Part shown: positions 1 to 9,604 of the stretch, in pieces
How the letters are laid out: the number at the start of each line of letters is the position of its first letter
Numbering within the stretch: position 1 is the first letter of the stretch
Assembly (NCBI GenBank): GCA_030754595.1
Contig: JASLZZ010000017.1
Span: forward strand, 1 to 62,619
Reading direction: 5' to 3'
Length of the DNA: 62,619 nucleotides
Source of the DNA: Nitrospinota bacterium
Lineage (GTDB): Bacteria; UBA8248
The notes under the pieces: generated by a model
The model's database searches: none
What the model saw: only the letters and a program-made list of their open reading frames with translations
What the model was told of the DNA's origin: nothing
Position numbers and translations under genes: made by a program

Positions 1-157
1 TCTGGCTCAAACACTCAAGCGGCTCGCCTCCATCACTCAAAAGCGCATGCCGGGCATCAAGGTCGAAAAATCCTGGCTGTGAGGTCATCATCTATCCTCC
101 GGGGCGGGAGGATTCTATTGGATCACATCAGAGATGAAATAAGGGAGGTTTTTAGAG

Positions 158-487
158 GTGCCCTTAAGGGAATATCCCGCATCCCTCGAAGAGTTCAAGA
201 AAGTCATTAATCGATACCCCAAGAGCAGAAAAGTGCCCGACGCCTATTACAAAAGGGGGTTAACTTACCTTCGGATCAAGGATCCGAGGCGTGCTGCCCT
301 GGAATTTGAAAAACTCATCGAAAATCATCCTAAGCACCGACTATTTGAAAAAACCCAAAAAAAACTTCGGGCTCTCTACCGGGCTGGAGTTGAAAAAACA
401 GACAACCCTTCTTTTTTTATAATTAATTGTAATTGGGGCACTTACAGGCGCTCCTTCACGGCCCGTTACCCACCCCAATCAAGATGA
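158..487 (+). pseudogene. CpoB/YbgF-like TPR protein, C-terminal part only; truncated or decayed
   Basis: EYPASLEEFKKVINRYPKSRKVPDAYYKRG...FEKLIENHPK resembles the YbgF-type TPR C-terminus. An in-frame stop lies just upstream, with an FYWI remnant before it. Confidence 0.5.
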
Positions 488-607
488 ATCGAAATTTTCT
501 CCTTGACACACCAAGCATCTCCCATGGTATCAGATGGCAGGCAGACTGCTTTTGCTTAGTTGCGATACAAAAGCAGACGAGAATTATCAATGATTTGTGA
601 GGCTTAA

Positions 608-1792
608 ATGCAACGGATCGCAGAAAAAATCAGCTCTTGGGGCCAGGGAATTCCGGAAATATCCGATGCTTGGCTGGTACTTCAAACGCTTCCGGGCATG
701 ACGCCTGAGCGCCTCCACCGGTTGGTTGAAAAATACGATGGCCCAATTGAGGCACTACGAGCACCCGTTGAAGCATTGGCGCGCATTGCTGGCAAAAAAG
801 CAGCCGAAACCCTTAAGCAAGAGTCCCCTATTGACCTTGCGCACAAAATCCGTACCGAAGCCGAAAAAAATGAAGTCCACATCCTCACTCGAAGCGATGA
901 AAAATACCCCGAACACTTGAAAAATATATACGCGCCTCCCGGCGCCATATTTATGAAAGGGGAAGTACAGGAGCGCGACTCCCTGGGTGTAGCCATTGTC
1001 GGAATGCGCACACCTTCATCATATGGCAGGCGCGCAACTCAAACCTTGGCCAGTGCGCTTGCCGAACGAGGGATTACCATTGTAAGTGGGATGGCCCGGG
1101 GTATTGACACGGAATCCCATCGAGCGGCAATCGAAGCGCGTGGCCGCACTATCGCAGTGCTAGGATGTGGCCTAAATATCAACTACCCTTCCGGGCAAGA
1201 GGAACTACGGAATGATATTGTCAGTCAGGGAGCCGTCATATCCGAACTCCCTTGGAATTACCCCCCGAGACCCGAGAGTTTTCCAAGACGGAACCGCCTG
1301 ATAAGTGGCCTTTCACTTGCCACCGTGGTTGTAGAAGCGGCTCAGCGAAGCGGAGCTCTTGTGACCGCACGTCTCGCACTTGAACAGGGCCGAGAATTGA
1401 TGGTAGTCCCCGGCCCTATCGATTCGGGCCGTAGTGCTGGGTGCCACCGGTTACTAAAAGAAGGCGCTCATCTCGTTGAATCAGTCGATGATATCCTCGC
1501 GGCTTTACCTGGCTACGTAATGGAAAAACTTTCCTCCCTATTGAATAACTCCTTCCCAAAGAGTAGTCAGAAAAAAAGTACGCAAAAAGAAAAGAGTTCC
1601 GACTACCTCGGATCTTTATCCCCTGAAGAAAAAATGATTTTCAATCATTTCGATGAAGATTCAAGTACAATAGAAAACATGGCAAAAAAAACGGAATTGA
1701 AGCCTGAACTTATTTCGCAAATATTCTTAAATCTCGAGCTTCGCGGATTTTTACGCCAAACAGAGGGCGGCCTCTACGAAAAAATTCTATAG
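608..1792 (+). CDS. dprA: DNA-processing protein DprA/Smf
   Basis: AIVGMR, IVSGMARGID, FPRRNRLISGLS and VEAAQRSGAL motifs, C-terminal winged helix, dprA-smg-topA order. Confidence 0.95.
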   Translation: MQRIAEKISSWGQGIPEISDAWLVLQTLPGMTPERLHRLVEKYDGPIEALRAPVEALARIAGKKAAETLKQESPIDLAHKIRTEAEKNEVHILTRSDEKYPEHLKNIYAPPGAIFMKGEVQERDSLGVAIVGMRTPSSYGRRATQTLASALAERGITIVSGMARGIDTESHRAAIEARGRTIAVLGCGLNINYPSGQEELRNDIVSQGAVISELPWNYPPRPESFPRRNRLISGLSLATVVVEAAQRSGALVTARLALEQGRELMVVPGPIDSGRSAGCHRLLKEGAHLVESVDDILAALPGYVMEKLSSLLNNSFPKSSQKKSTQKEKSSDYLGSLSPEEKMIFNHFDEDSSTIENMAKKTELKPELISQIFLNLELRGFLRQTEGGLYEKIL

Positions 1793-1821
1793 GGAAAAGA
1801 TATACCCTTCAATGAAATTAA

Positions 1822-1849
1822 TTTAATCCCCAGATGACGGGGGATTAAA
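1822..1849. terminator. Inverted repeat hairpin between dprA and smg
   Basis: TTTAATCCCC / GGGGATTAAA perfect 10-bp stem. Confidence 0.4.
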
Positions 1850-1855
1850 ATAAAG

Positions 1856-2344
1856 GTGGTAATTTTGCGGGAAAGAATGTACGACATGATGCGGATCTTG
1901 GTCGATGAGTCCCTCAATGGCGCAAATGTTTTATTTGACGACCATGAACTAACCGTAATGTTAGAGCATAGAGGATTCCAGCCGGATGAAATTTACGAAG
2001 CGCTCTCCTGGCTGCACAACATGCAGGGAGACTCCAACGAATACAATGAAAGCATATTTGATAATAAGCGCGGAAAAAGTGTTCGGGTCTTACATCCGGA
2101 AGAACGGCTTGCGTTTACACCTGCAGCACACGGGGTGATTCACAAGCTCTGTACCCAAGGCGTGATCAATGATATTTTACGCGAGGAAATTATTCAGCGA
2201 TGCATTGATTTAGCCTCAAACGAGATCGGTTTGGAAGAGGTGAAAACAGTTACATTGTTGATTTTTTTAAAAAAGCGCCGGGATTCCCTAAGCAACAGCT
2301 TAATTGAAGTTCTGGGAATTGAAGGTAATCGCCCATCAAGTTGA
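1856..2344 (+). CDS. smg: Smg / DUF494 family protein
   Basis: GFQPDEIYEALSWL and SVRVLHPEER motifs; conserved position between dprA and topA. Confidence 0.8.
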   Translation: MVILRERMYDMMRILVDESLNGANVLFDDHELTVMLEHRGFQPDEIYEALSWLHNMQGDSNEYNESIFDNKRGKSVRVLHPEERLAFTPAAHGVIHKLCTQGVINDILREEIIQRCIDLASNEIGLEEVKTVTLLIFLKKRRDSLSNSLIEVLGIEGNRPSS

Positions 2345-2349
2345 GAAAA

Positions 2350-4911
2350 ATGGTCAAAAAGGCAACGAAGAAAAAGGCTAGTAATGCCTCCCGTGGTGGA
2401 AGCGGAAAAGGCGTTCGAAAAAAGACAACGACAAGAAAAAAAGCTGCTGGAAAATCCTCCAAGAAATCTTCAGCATCAAAACTTCTTATTGTCGAATCTC
2501 CTACTAAAGTTCGAACTATTCAAAAATTTTTGGGCCCCGATTTCGACATCATAGCCTCTAAAGGCCACGTAAGAGACCTATTGAAAACGGGCGAGCGCAA
2601 GATGGGAATTGACATTAGTGGGAGTTTTCAAGGCCATTACGGAGAAATCCCTACAAAGAAAAAGGCAATCGCCGACTTGCGCCACGCAGCACGGTCCGCG
2701 AAAGAGATATATCTCGCTCCCGATCCAGACAGAGAAGGTGAGGCCATTGCATGGCATATTCAGGAAATTCTCAGGGAAGAAGGAAAAGAGAACCGGATTT
2801 ACAGAGTTTCATTTAATGAAATTACTCCGCAGGCTGTTCGTGAATCACTAGAAAGCCCCAGACGGATTGATCAAAAAAAAGTAGATGCTCAAGAAACCCG
2901 CCGTAAGCTTGACCGAATTGTTGGTTTCAAGCTTTCTGGTGAAATTCTTTGGAATAAAGTCGCCTTTGGTCTCAGCGCAGGCCGCGTTCAGTCAGTGGCT
3001 CTTCGTTTGATAGCCAAGCGGGAGGAAGAAATCCAGGCGTTTGAACCTAAAGAGTATTGGACTATTTCAACGTTTATTGAAAAACCCAACAAAGAACCTT
3101 CGTTCGAGGCAAAGCTTCACAAAATTGACAATGTCGAAGTGGAAATTCCCAACGAAGAACGTGCTCTTGAACTCACTGAAATAATTGAAAAAGCCGAGCT
3201 AAAGATTTCAAAAGTGACCCTACGAGAGCGCCAACGAAGGCCTTCTGCCCCGTTTATCACCAGTACACTTCAACAAGAGTGTTCCTCTAAGCTTCGGTTT
3301 GGTGCAAAAAAAACAATGTCCATAGCACAATCCTTGTATGAAGGTGTCAGTCTCGAGAAAGAACGTGGAAATGTAGGCCTAATTACCTACATGCGGACGG
3401 ATTCGGTTCGTCTTTCCTCTGAGGCTGTGGAAATGGCCCGGAATTATATTGGAGATAATTTTGGAAAACCCTATTTACCGGAAAAACCACCCGCATACAA
3501 AAGAAAGCAAAGTATCCAGGATGCACACGAAGCGGTTCGTCCCACGGATTTGTCACTTTCCCCCGATAAAATCAAAGGTCACCTCAAGCCCGAGCAACTT
3601 GCCGTTTACACACTAATATGGCGAAGATTCATCGCTTGCCAGATGACACCCGCGGTATTCGATCAAACAAGTGTAGATATTAAAGCTGATCATTTAATTC
3701 TAAGAGCATCCGGGTCTATCCTTAAATTTTCAGGATTTCTAAAAGTATATCAAGACTATTCGGCCGCAGGAGAAAATACTGCCAACGGAAGCGGTAATAA
3801 TGAATCCGTGTCGGGGCGCGATCGAATACTCCCGCCTCTTGAAGAATCTGATGCGGTATCTCTTATCGCCACGGACAAAACCGCAACGGGTATCCTGCCA
3901 GAACAGCATTTCACACAGCCTCCTCCCCGATATACCGAAGCTGCGCTTGTTAATGAGTTGGAGGAGGACGGTGTGGGACGGCCCAGCACTTACGCTTCCA
4001 TCCTCGATACTTTGGAAAAGCGAAGATATGTCACACTAGAAAGGAAAAACCGTCAATTCACTCCAACATCATTGGGGATTGAAGTTAATCGGCTTCTAAT
4101 TCAAGGCTTTCCTGATGAAATAGATGTCAAATTTACCGCCAAAATAGAAAATAACCTTGACGACATCGAGAGTGGAAAACAGCCTTGGCTCCCGATGCTT
4201 CGGAATTTTTACATTCAATTCGACAAAAAAATCCAGGAAGCGAAAGTTTCCCTTCCAAATTTAAAAACAAAGACCGAGCCCATAGATCGCAATTGTCCTG
4301 AATGTGACAGCCCCCTCGTAAAAAAATTTAGCAGAAACGGATGGTTCATTTCCTGTTCGAAGTACCCGAAATGCAAGCATTCCGAAAGCATTATTGAGGA
4401 GTGTGAGGATTCAGAAACAGGCGAAGAACTCAGTCAAATCGAGGAAAAGGCGCCTCCGTGCGATGAATGTGGAGAGCCGATGCGTGTCAAACGTGGCCCT
4501 TATGGATTATATCTATGCTGCTCGGATCAGCCAAAGGAACATAAGACCAGGAGACTGGAAGCATCGGGACAACCGGCAGAGACTCCCAAACCAACCGGAA
4601 TCGATTGTGCCCGCGAAAAGTGTAATGGCGAATTAGTTTCACGTCGATCCCGCCGAACCGGAAAGATATTTTACGGTTGCAATCAATTTCCAAAGTGCAA
4701 TTACGTCGTGTGGGATCTACCTATCGAAAATACTTGCCCAATTTGCGAGCATCCCCATATCACACTCAAAACCACCAAGAAAAACGGACCACAGCTAACC
4801 TGTCCCCAAAAATCCTGCAATTATCAGGTGGACCCGCCACCGGATATAATTGAAAGGTTGGGGAATGAAATCGGCACTGAATTAATGCAGGACAAAAGGA
4901 ATTCGGCTTGA
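2350..4911 (+). CDS. topA: DNA topoisomerase I (type IA) with C-terminal Zn ribbons and a basic N-terminal extension
   Basis: IVESP, DPDREGE, SAGRVQS, ITYMRTD (catalytic Tyr), GRPSTY, repeated Cys Zn-ribbon motifs; ATG at 2350 (alternative TTG at 2341). Confidence 0.97.
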   Translation: MVKKATKKKASNASRGGSGKGVRKKTTTRKKAAGKSSKKSSASKLLIVESPTKVRTIQKFLGPDFDIIASKGHVRDLLKTGERKMGIDISGSFQGHYGEIPTKKKAIADLRHAARSAKEIYLAPDPDREGEAIAWHIQEILREEGKENRIYRVSFNEITPQAVRESLESPRRIDQKKVDAQETRRKLDRIVGFKLSGEILWNKVAFGLSAGRVQSVALRLIAKREEEIQAFEPKEYWTISTFIEKPNKEPSFEAKLHKIDNVEVEIPNEERALELTEIIEKAELKISKVTLRERQRRPSAPFITSTLQQECSSKLRFGAKKTMSIAQSLYEGVSLEKERGNVGLITYMRTDSVRLSSEAVEMARNYIGDNFGKPYLPEKPPAYKRKQSIQDAHEAVRPTDLSLSPDKIKGHLKPEQLAVYTLIWRRFIACQMTPAVFDQTSVDIKADHLILRASGSILKFSGFLKVYQDYSAAGENTANGSGNNESVSGRDRILPPLEESDAVSLIATDKTATGILPEQHFTQPPPRYTEAALVNELEEDGVGRPSTYASILDTLEKRRYVTLERKNRQFTPTSLGIEVNRLLIQGFPDEIDVKFTAKIENNLDDIESGKQPWLPMLRNFYIQFDKKIQEAKVSLPNLKTKTEPIDRNCPECDSPLVKKFSRNGWFISCSKYPKCKHSESIIEECEDSETGEELSQIEEKAPPCDECGEPMRVKRGPYGLYLCCSDQPKEHKTRRLEASGQPAETPKPTGIDCAREKCNGELVSRRSRRTGKIFYGCNQFPKCNYVVWDLPIENTCPICEHPHITLKTTKKNGPQLTCPQKSCNYQVDPPPDIIERLGNEIGTELMQDKRNSA

Positions 4912-6242
4912 GTAAAAAACTTAGAATCATTGGAGGGGGATTTGCTGGCTCCGAGGCGGCTTGGCAGGCGGGGAATCGCGGAATTGTGGTGCAACTATTT
5001 GAAATGAGGCCAGTTAAATCTACTCCGGCCCACCAGACTGATAATCTTGCAGAACTCGTGTGCTCTAATTCCCTTCGCTCAAATGCTCTTGAAAATGCTT
5101 CGGGTTTGCTTAAAGAGGAAATGCGCCGGCTCGACTCGTTAATCGTTAAGACGGCCGATGAAACGAGAGTACCTGCCGGAATTGCTCTGGCAGTGGACCG
5201 GGATTTATTCTCCAAAAAAGTGACCGAGAAAATTGAAAATCACCCTTCAATAGAGATTATTAGAGAGGAAATTGTATCTCTTGAGGATGAACATCCAACT
5301 ATCATAGCCACCGGCCCACTTACAAGCCCCGCCCTTTCGGCCGAAATTGCTCGTTTAACGCAGGGAAAATATCTTTATTTTTATGATGCTATTTCACCTA
5401 TTCTCCATGCGGATAGTATCGATATGTCAACGGCTTTTCTAGGTTCACGCTATGGAAAAGGAATGGACGAGGGTGACGAGGGCGATTACATAAATATTGG
5501 ACTCGATGAAAGCGAATATGAAAAATTCCATAATGACCTTCTAGAAGGAGAAAAGGTTCCACTGAGGGACTTTGAGAAGGCAATATTCTTTGAAGGTTGT
5601 CTTCCACTGGAAGAAATGGCGTTGCGCGGCAAGGAGACATTGGCCTACGGTCCAATGAAACCCGTCGGCATCGAACACCCCGAAACTGGCGAAACTTACC
5701 ATGCTGTCGTCCAACTGCGCAGGGAAGATCTAACCGGAGATTTTTTCTCAATGGTGGGGTTTCAAACTCGCTTACGTTACCCTGAGCAGAAACGAGTATT
5801 CCGAAATTTGCCGGGTTTAAAACATGCAAAATTCTTGCGTTATGGAAGCTTGCACAGGAACACATTCATAAACTCGCCCCGTCTGGTTCGGAATACACTT
5901 CAGATTAAACGTTACTCAAATATTTTTGTCGCTGGACAATTGACAGGTGTGGAAGGATATCTTGAATCGGCCGCTACGGGCCTGCTATCCGGAATCTATG
6001 CATCTGCCAAGCTGGAGGGTGACTTGATCCTTGAAGCACCGCCGACCACCTCTTTGGGTGCTCTTACACAGTATATTACAACCTCCAAACAAAAAAGTTT
6101 CCAACCTATGAATATCAACTTTGGTCTTTTCCCGCCTTTTGAAAGGCGCGTCACAAAACGCGACCGAAGGAAACGCGTCGGAGAGCGTGCCTTAAGGGAC
6201 CTCGATTCATGGCTCGAAAAACAAAAGATTCCAGCGGAATAA
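4908..6242 (+). CDS. trmFO: Folate/FAD-dependent tRNA m5U54 methyltransferase TrmFO (Gid)
   Basis: IIGGGFAGSEAAW, AELVCSNS, AGQLTGVEGY, FQPMNINFG; topA-trmFO-xerC-hslVU order. Confidence 0.95.
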   Translation: MSKKLRIIGGGFAGSEAAWQAGNRGIVVQLFEMRPVKSTPAHQTDNLAELVCSNSLRSNALENASGLLKEEMRRLDSLIVKTADETRVPAGIALAVDRDLFSKKVTEKIENHPSIEIIREEIVSLEDEHPTIIATGPLTSPALSAEIARLTQGKYLYFYDAISPILHADSIDMSTAFLGSRYGKGMDEGDEGDYINIGLDESEYEKFHNDLLEGEKVPLRDFEKAIFFEGCLPLEEMALRGKETLAYGPMKPVGIEHPETGETYHAVVQLRREDLTGDFFSMVGFQTRLRYPEQKRVFRNLPGLKHAKFLRYGSLHRNTFINSPRLVRNTLQIKRYSNIFVAGQLTGVEGYLESAATGLLSGIYASAKLEGDLILEAPPTTSLGALTQYITTSKQKSFQPMNINFGLFPPFERRVTKRDRRKRVGERALRDLDSWLEKQKIPAE

Positions 6243-7180
6243 ATATATCTCTAGGAAAATTCAAAGCCCATCTCAGAGATGTAAGAGGCGCTTCGGAGCA
6301 CACCGTCCGCGCCTATATGTCGGATCTCAATGATTTTGAAAAATTCTTGACTCGTTGGTCCGGGTTACCCCTGCCCCTGGATAAAGCGGACACTGCCGCT
6401 ATCCACTCGTATCTCGCCGATCTCTACCGTAGGGACCTGCAGGCAACCACGGCAAATCGCAGGCTTTCATCAGTACGGAATTTTTTCCGTTTTTTGCGTC
6501 GTGAAGGAATTTTGGACAGTGATCCCACGGCAGACATCCCTTCGCTCAAGACTCCTCACCAATTGCCCACACACCTACCGGTGGACGATGCTGTGCGACT
6601 TATGGAATTGCCCGACATGAATTCTGAGGAAGGCATCAGAGATAGAGCAATCCTTGAAATGCTATACGGTTCGGGCCTCCGGGTAGGAGAGCTTGTCGCT
6701 TTGGATGATTCCGATTTATTTATTTCAGAGCGATTAATTTGTGTTCAGGGCAAGGGGAAAAAGGAGCGAATTATCCCTATATCAAAAAAAGCGGCGAAGG
6801 CTATTGAAGTCTACCGTACGATTAGACCCGTGTTTCTCCGAAATAAATCAAGCAAATCCGAGAAAAAGGTGTCTCCACTATTCCAAAATTCCCGCGGTGG
6901 GCGTATAACCACGGACCGGATTCGAAACATCTTTCGCCATTATGAAAAAATTGGCAATTTTCAATACCACTTTACGCCTCACTCGCTTCGTCACACAGCG
7001 GCGACACACCTCCTTGAGGGTGGCGCCAACCTTCGCTCCATTCAAGAGTTGCTAGGTCATTCAAGCCTATCCACAACCCAACGATACACACAGGTGGACT
7101 TTACGCACATGCAGGCGGTATATGATGAAAGCCATCCTAGGGCACGGGGGAATAAAAGACGGACCCTCAAAAATAAATGA
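6209..7180 (+). CDS. xerC: Tyrosine recombinase XerC (CodV-like)
   Basis: LYGSGLRVGE, GKGKKER, PHSLRH, LLGHSSLSTTQRY catalytic residues; housekeeping context. Confidence 0.9.
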   Translation: MARKTKDSSGINISLGKFKAHLRDVRGASEHTVRAYMSDLNDFEKFLTRWSGLPLPLDKADTAAIHSYLADLYRRDLQATTANRRLSSVRNFFRFLRREGILDSDPTADIPSLKTPHQLPTHLPVDDAVRLMELPDMNSEEGIRDRAILEMLYGSGLRVGELVALDDSDLFISERLICVQGKGKKERIIPISKKAAKAIEVYRTIRPVFLRNKSSKSEKKVSPLFQNSRGGRITTDRIRNIFRHYEKIGNFQYHFTPHSLRHTAATHLLEGGANLRSIQELLGHSSLSTTQRYTQVDFTHMQAVYDESHPRARGNKRRTLKNK

Positions 7181-7204
7181 ACAACACCGTATAGAGGAGA
7201 GAGA

Positions 7205-7747
7205 ATGACCTCGGTTCGAATTCGGTCAACTACGATACTGGTTGTCCGCTATAGAGAGCAGACTGCCCTGGGTGGAGACGGGCAGGTCACCATGGGCGAC
7301 ACGGCGGTCAAACATGGGGCTGTGAAAATCCGTCGCCTGGCTGGGGGAGGAGTTCTTTCCGGTTTCGCCGGTTCGGCATCGGATGCTATCGCCCTCTTCG
7401 AGCGTTTCGAAGGAAAACTTGAGGAATACCACGGAAACCTTATGCGGGCAGCCGTAGAAATGGGAAAGGACTGGAGAACTGACAGAATTCTACGGCGCCT
7501 TGAAGCCATGCTAGCGGTCGCTGACAATAAAACAACTCTCATCCTTTCGGGAACAGGGGATATCATTGAGCCCGACGACGGGGTGATTGGAATCGGAAGC
7601 GGAGGCTCTATTGCGACAGCGGCGGCCCGAGGCATCCTAAGTCTCGAACCTGACCTCTCGGCAGAGGAAATAGTCCGGCGTGCGCTCATGATCACTGCTG
7701 ATTTATGCATATATTCCAACAACTCTATTTCGATCGAAGTTCTCTGA
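7205..7747 (+). CDS. hslV: ATP-dependent protease peptidase subunit HslV
   Basis: TTI after a short propeptide, GDGQVT, GFAGS, GIGSGG. Confidence 0.96.
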   Translation: MTSVRIRSTTILVVRYREQTALGGDGQVTMGDTAVKHGAVKIRRLAGGGVLSGFAGSASDAIALFERFEGKLEEYHGNLMRAAVEMGKDWRTDRILRRLEAMLAVADNKTTLILSGTGDIIEPDDGVIGIGSGGSIATAAARGILSLEPDLSAEEIVRRALMITADLCIYSNNSISIEVL

Positions 7748-9105
7748 TGGATAACCTTACCCCTACTCGAATCGTTGAAGAGCTTGACCGCTATGTGATC
7801 GGTCAAGCCGAGGCCAAACGCGCGGTTGCTATTGCACTTCGGAACCGGTGGAGACGGCAACAACTTCCCGAGAATCTCCGTGATGAAGTCGCTCCAAAGA
7901 ACATAGTTATGATTGGGCCAACCGGAGTCGGCAAAACTGAAATTGCTCGCCGCTTGGCCCGCCTCACGAAAAGCCCATTTATAAAAGTGGAAGCCAGCAA
8001 ATTCACGGAGGTCGGCTACGTCGGCCGCGACGTAGAGAGCATGGTTCGGGATTTGGCCGAACTTTCCCGTAATATGGTCCAAGAAGAGTACCGCGAGGAG
8101 AATGCCGCCAAGGCTCAAGAATTGGCTATGGCACGGCTGCTCGATTTACTTCTTCCCAAACCTCCCGGGTTCGGTGGCATTAACGATAAGGGCGAGTCGA
8201 ATGACCCGCTAGGTGACGAACACTATGGCCGCACCCGTGAAAAATTCCGCACTATGCTTCTCGAGGGAAAACTCGACGACCGGGAGGTGGAATTCGAAGT
8301 TGCCGACAAGAGCCCGGAAGTTCACCTTTTGGGCGGTATGGACATGGAACAAATGGGAATCAACATCAAGGATATGCTCGGCGGAATGTTCCCGGCTCAG
8401 ACACGTACCCGGCGGATGAAAGTTCCCGAGGCCTTCAAAATTCTCACCCAGGAAGAGGGCGATAAGATCATCGACCCTGAAAAACTTAATTCCGAAGCCA
8501 TCACAAGGACAGAACAGTCGGGAATCGTGTTTCTCGATGAAATCGATAAAATTGCGGCGGCTTCTTCCAACCATCAGGGACCGGACGTTTCCCGTGAAGG
8601 GGTGCAGCGCGATCTCCTCCCCATCGTCGAGGGAAGCACTGTCCAGACCAAACACGGCCCTGTCCGGACGGACCACATTCTTTTCATCGCCGCGGGCGCC
8701 TTCCATTCGGTAAAACCATCGGATTTGATTCCCGAACTCCAGGGCCGGTTCCCCATCCGTGTGGAACTCAATTCCCTCGGGCTAGAGGAGTTTGTCCGAA
8801 TATTGACCGAACCCGAAAATGCCCTGGTAATTCAATACCCTGCTCTCCTCGAAACCGAGGGTGTTCATATTTCCCTTACCGGCGACGCCGTCAGGGAAGT
8901 GGCATCGTTTGCGGCGGAGATCAACGAGTCGATGGAAAACATTGGCGCCCGGCGGCTTCACACCATCATGGAGCGTGTCTTCGAGGATATCTCCTTCAGG
9001 GCCCCCGAGATGGCGGGCGAGGAAGTCACGATTGACGCGGCCTACGTTCGGGGGAAGCTCAAGGACATCGTCGAGGATATCGACCTCAGCCGCTATATCC
9101 TCTAG
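7747..9105 (+). CDS. hslU: ATP-dependent protease ATPase subunit HslU
   Basis: [30 protein letters not shown]-terminal LSRYIL; ATG overlaps the hslV stop. Confidence 0.97.
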   Translation: MDNLTPTRIVEELDRYVIGQAEAKRAVAIALRNRWRRQQLPENLRDEVAPKNIVMIGPTGVGKTEIARRLARLTKSPFIKVEASKFTEVGYVGRDVESMVRDLAELSRNMVQEEYREENAAKAQELAMARLLDLLLPKPPGFGGINDKGESNDPLGDEHYGRTREKFRTMLLEGKLDDREVEFEVADKSPEVHLLGGMDMEQMGINIKDMLGGMFPAQTRTRRMKVPEAFKILTQEEGDKIIDPEKLNSEAITRTEQSGIVFLDEIDKIAAASSNHQGPDVSREGVQRDLLPIVEGSTVQTKHGPVRTDHILFIAAGAFHSVKPSDLIPELQGRFPIRVELNSLGLEEFVRILTEPENALVIQYPALLETEGVHISLTGDAVREVASFAAEINESMENIGARRLHTIMERVFEDISFRAPEMAGEEVTIDAAYVRGKLKDIVEDIDLSRYIL

Positions 9106-9342
9106 TCCCACCGGGACAAGGACCGGCGGGGCGCCTACCCGAAAATTTCGATCTCGGTCCCGATGTGACACCGAGGCTGGCCCGAGGTGGCCCCGAGACG
9201 AGTTCGATGCTGCTCCGGGATGCCGCACAACTATTTGTTAAATACTAAGTTACAGCCAAACACCCTTCCTCCCGGCCAAGCGACCCCGGCTAACCTATTG
9301 ATCTCAAACCCATTTTCTTCTCCCCCTGCCCCCCTTTTCCCC

Positions 9343-9371
9343 TTGGACAAGCCGATCCGGCGGTGTATATT
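9343..9371 (+). promoter_or_regulatory. Putative sigma70 promoter of the arg operon
   Basis: TTGGAC(A)-16/17 nt-TATATT. Confidence 0.45.
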
Positions 9372-9380
9372 CCCCTCCTG

Positions 9381-9509
9381 CCAGGCGCAGCCTGCGCGAC
9401 CCGAGATGCGAGATATAAGCCCGAGCCCACAGGGCCAATGCCCGCTAGGCCCCGGCCCCACTCGGCACGGACACGCCGGGTCAGGCATGACCCAGGCGCA
9501 GCCTGCGCG
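9381..9509. repeat. Two exact 18-bp direct repeats CCAGGCGCAGCCTGCGCG (9381-9398 and 9492-9509)
   Basis: Identical copies 111 bp apart, each internally palindromic. Confidence 0.85.
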
Positions 9510-9604
9510 GCGCGGGGAGCGAAAAATGGACCCTGGGGACAGAGCAGGCCCCCCCGCCCCGGCCCGGCCCTTTATGCGGCCCTACGCCGGCGAGGAGTAA
9601 AAAA

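Noticed and set aside
6209..7180. Integrase of a mobile element
   Set aside because: It sits in the conserved trmFO-xerC-hslVU operon with no att sites or cargo.
9216..9243. dif-like sequence (ATTTGTTAAAT resembles the XerD arm) about 2 kb from xerC
   Set aside because: The XerC-like half is only 2 nt away instead of the 6-bp spacer, and at correct spacing there is no match.
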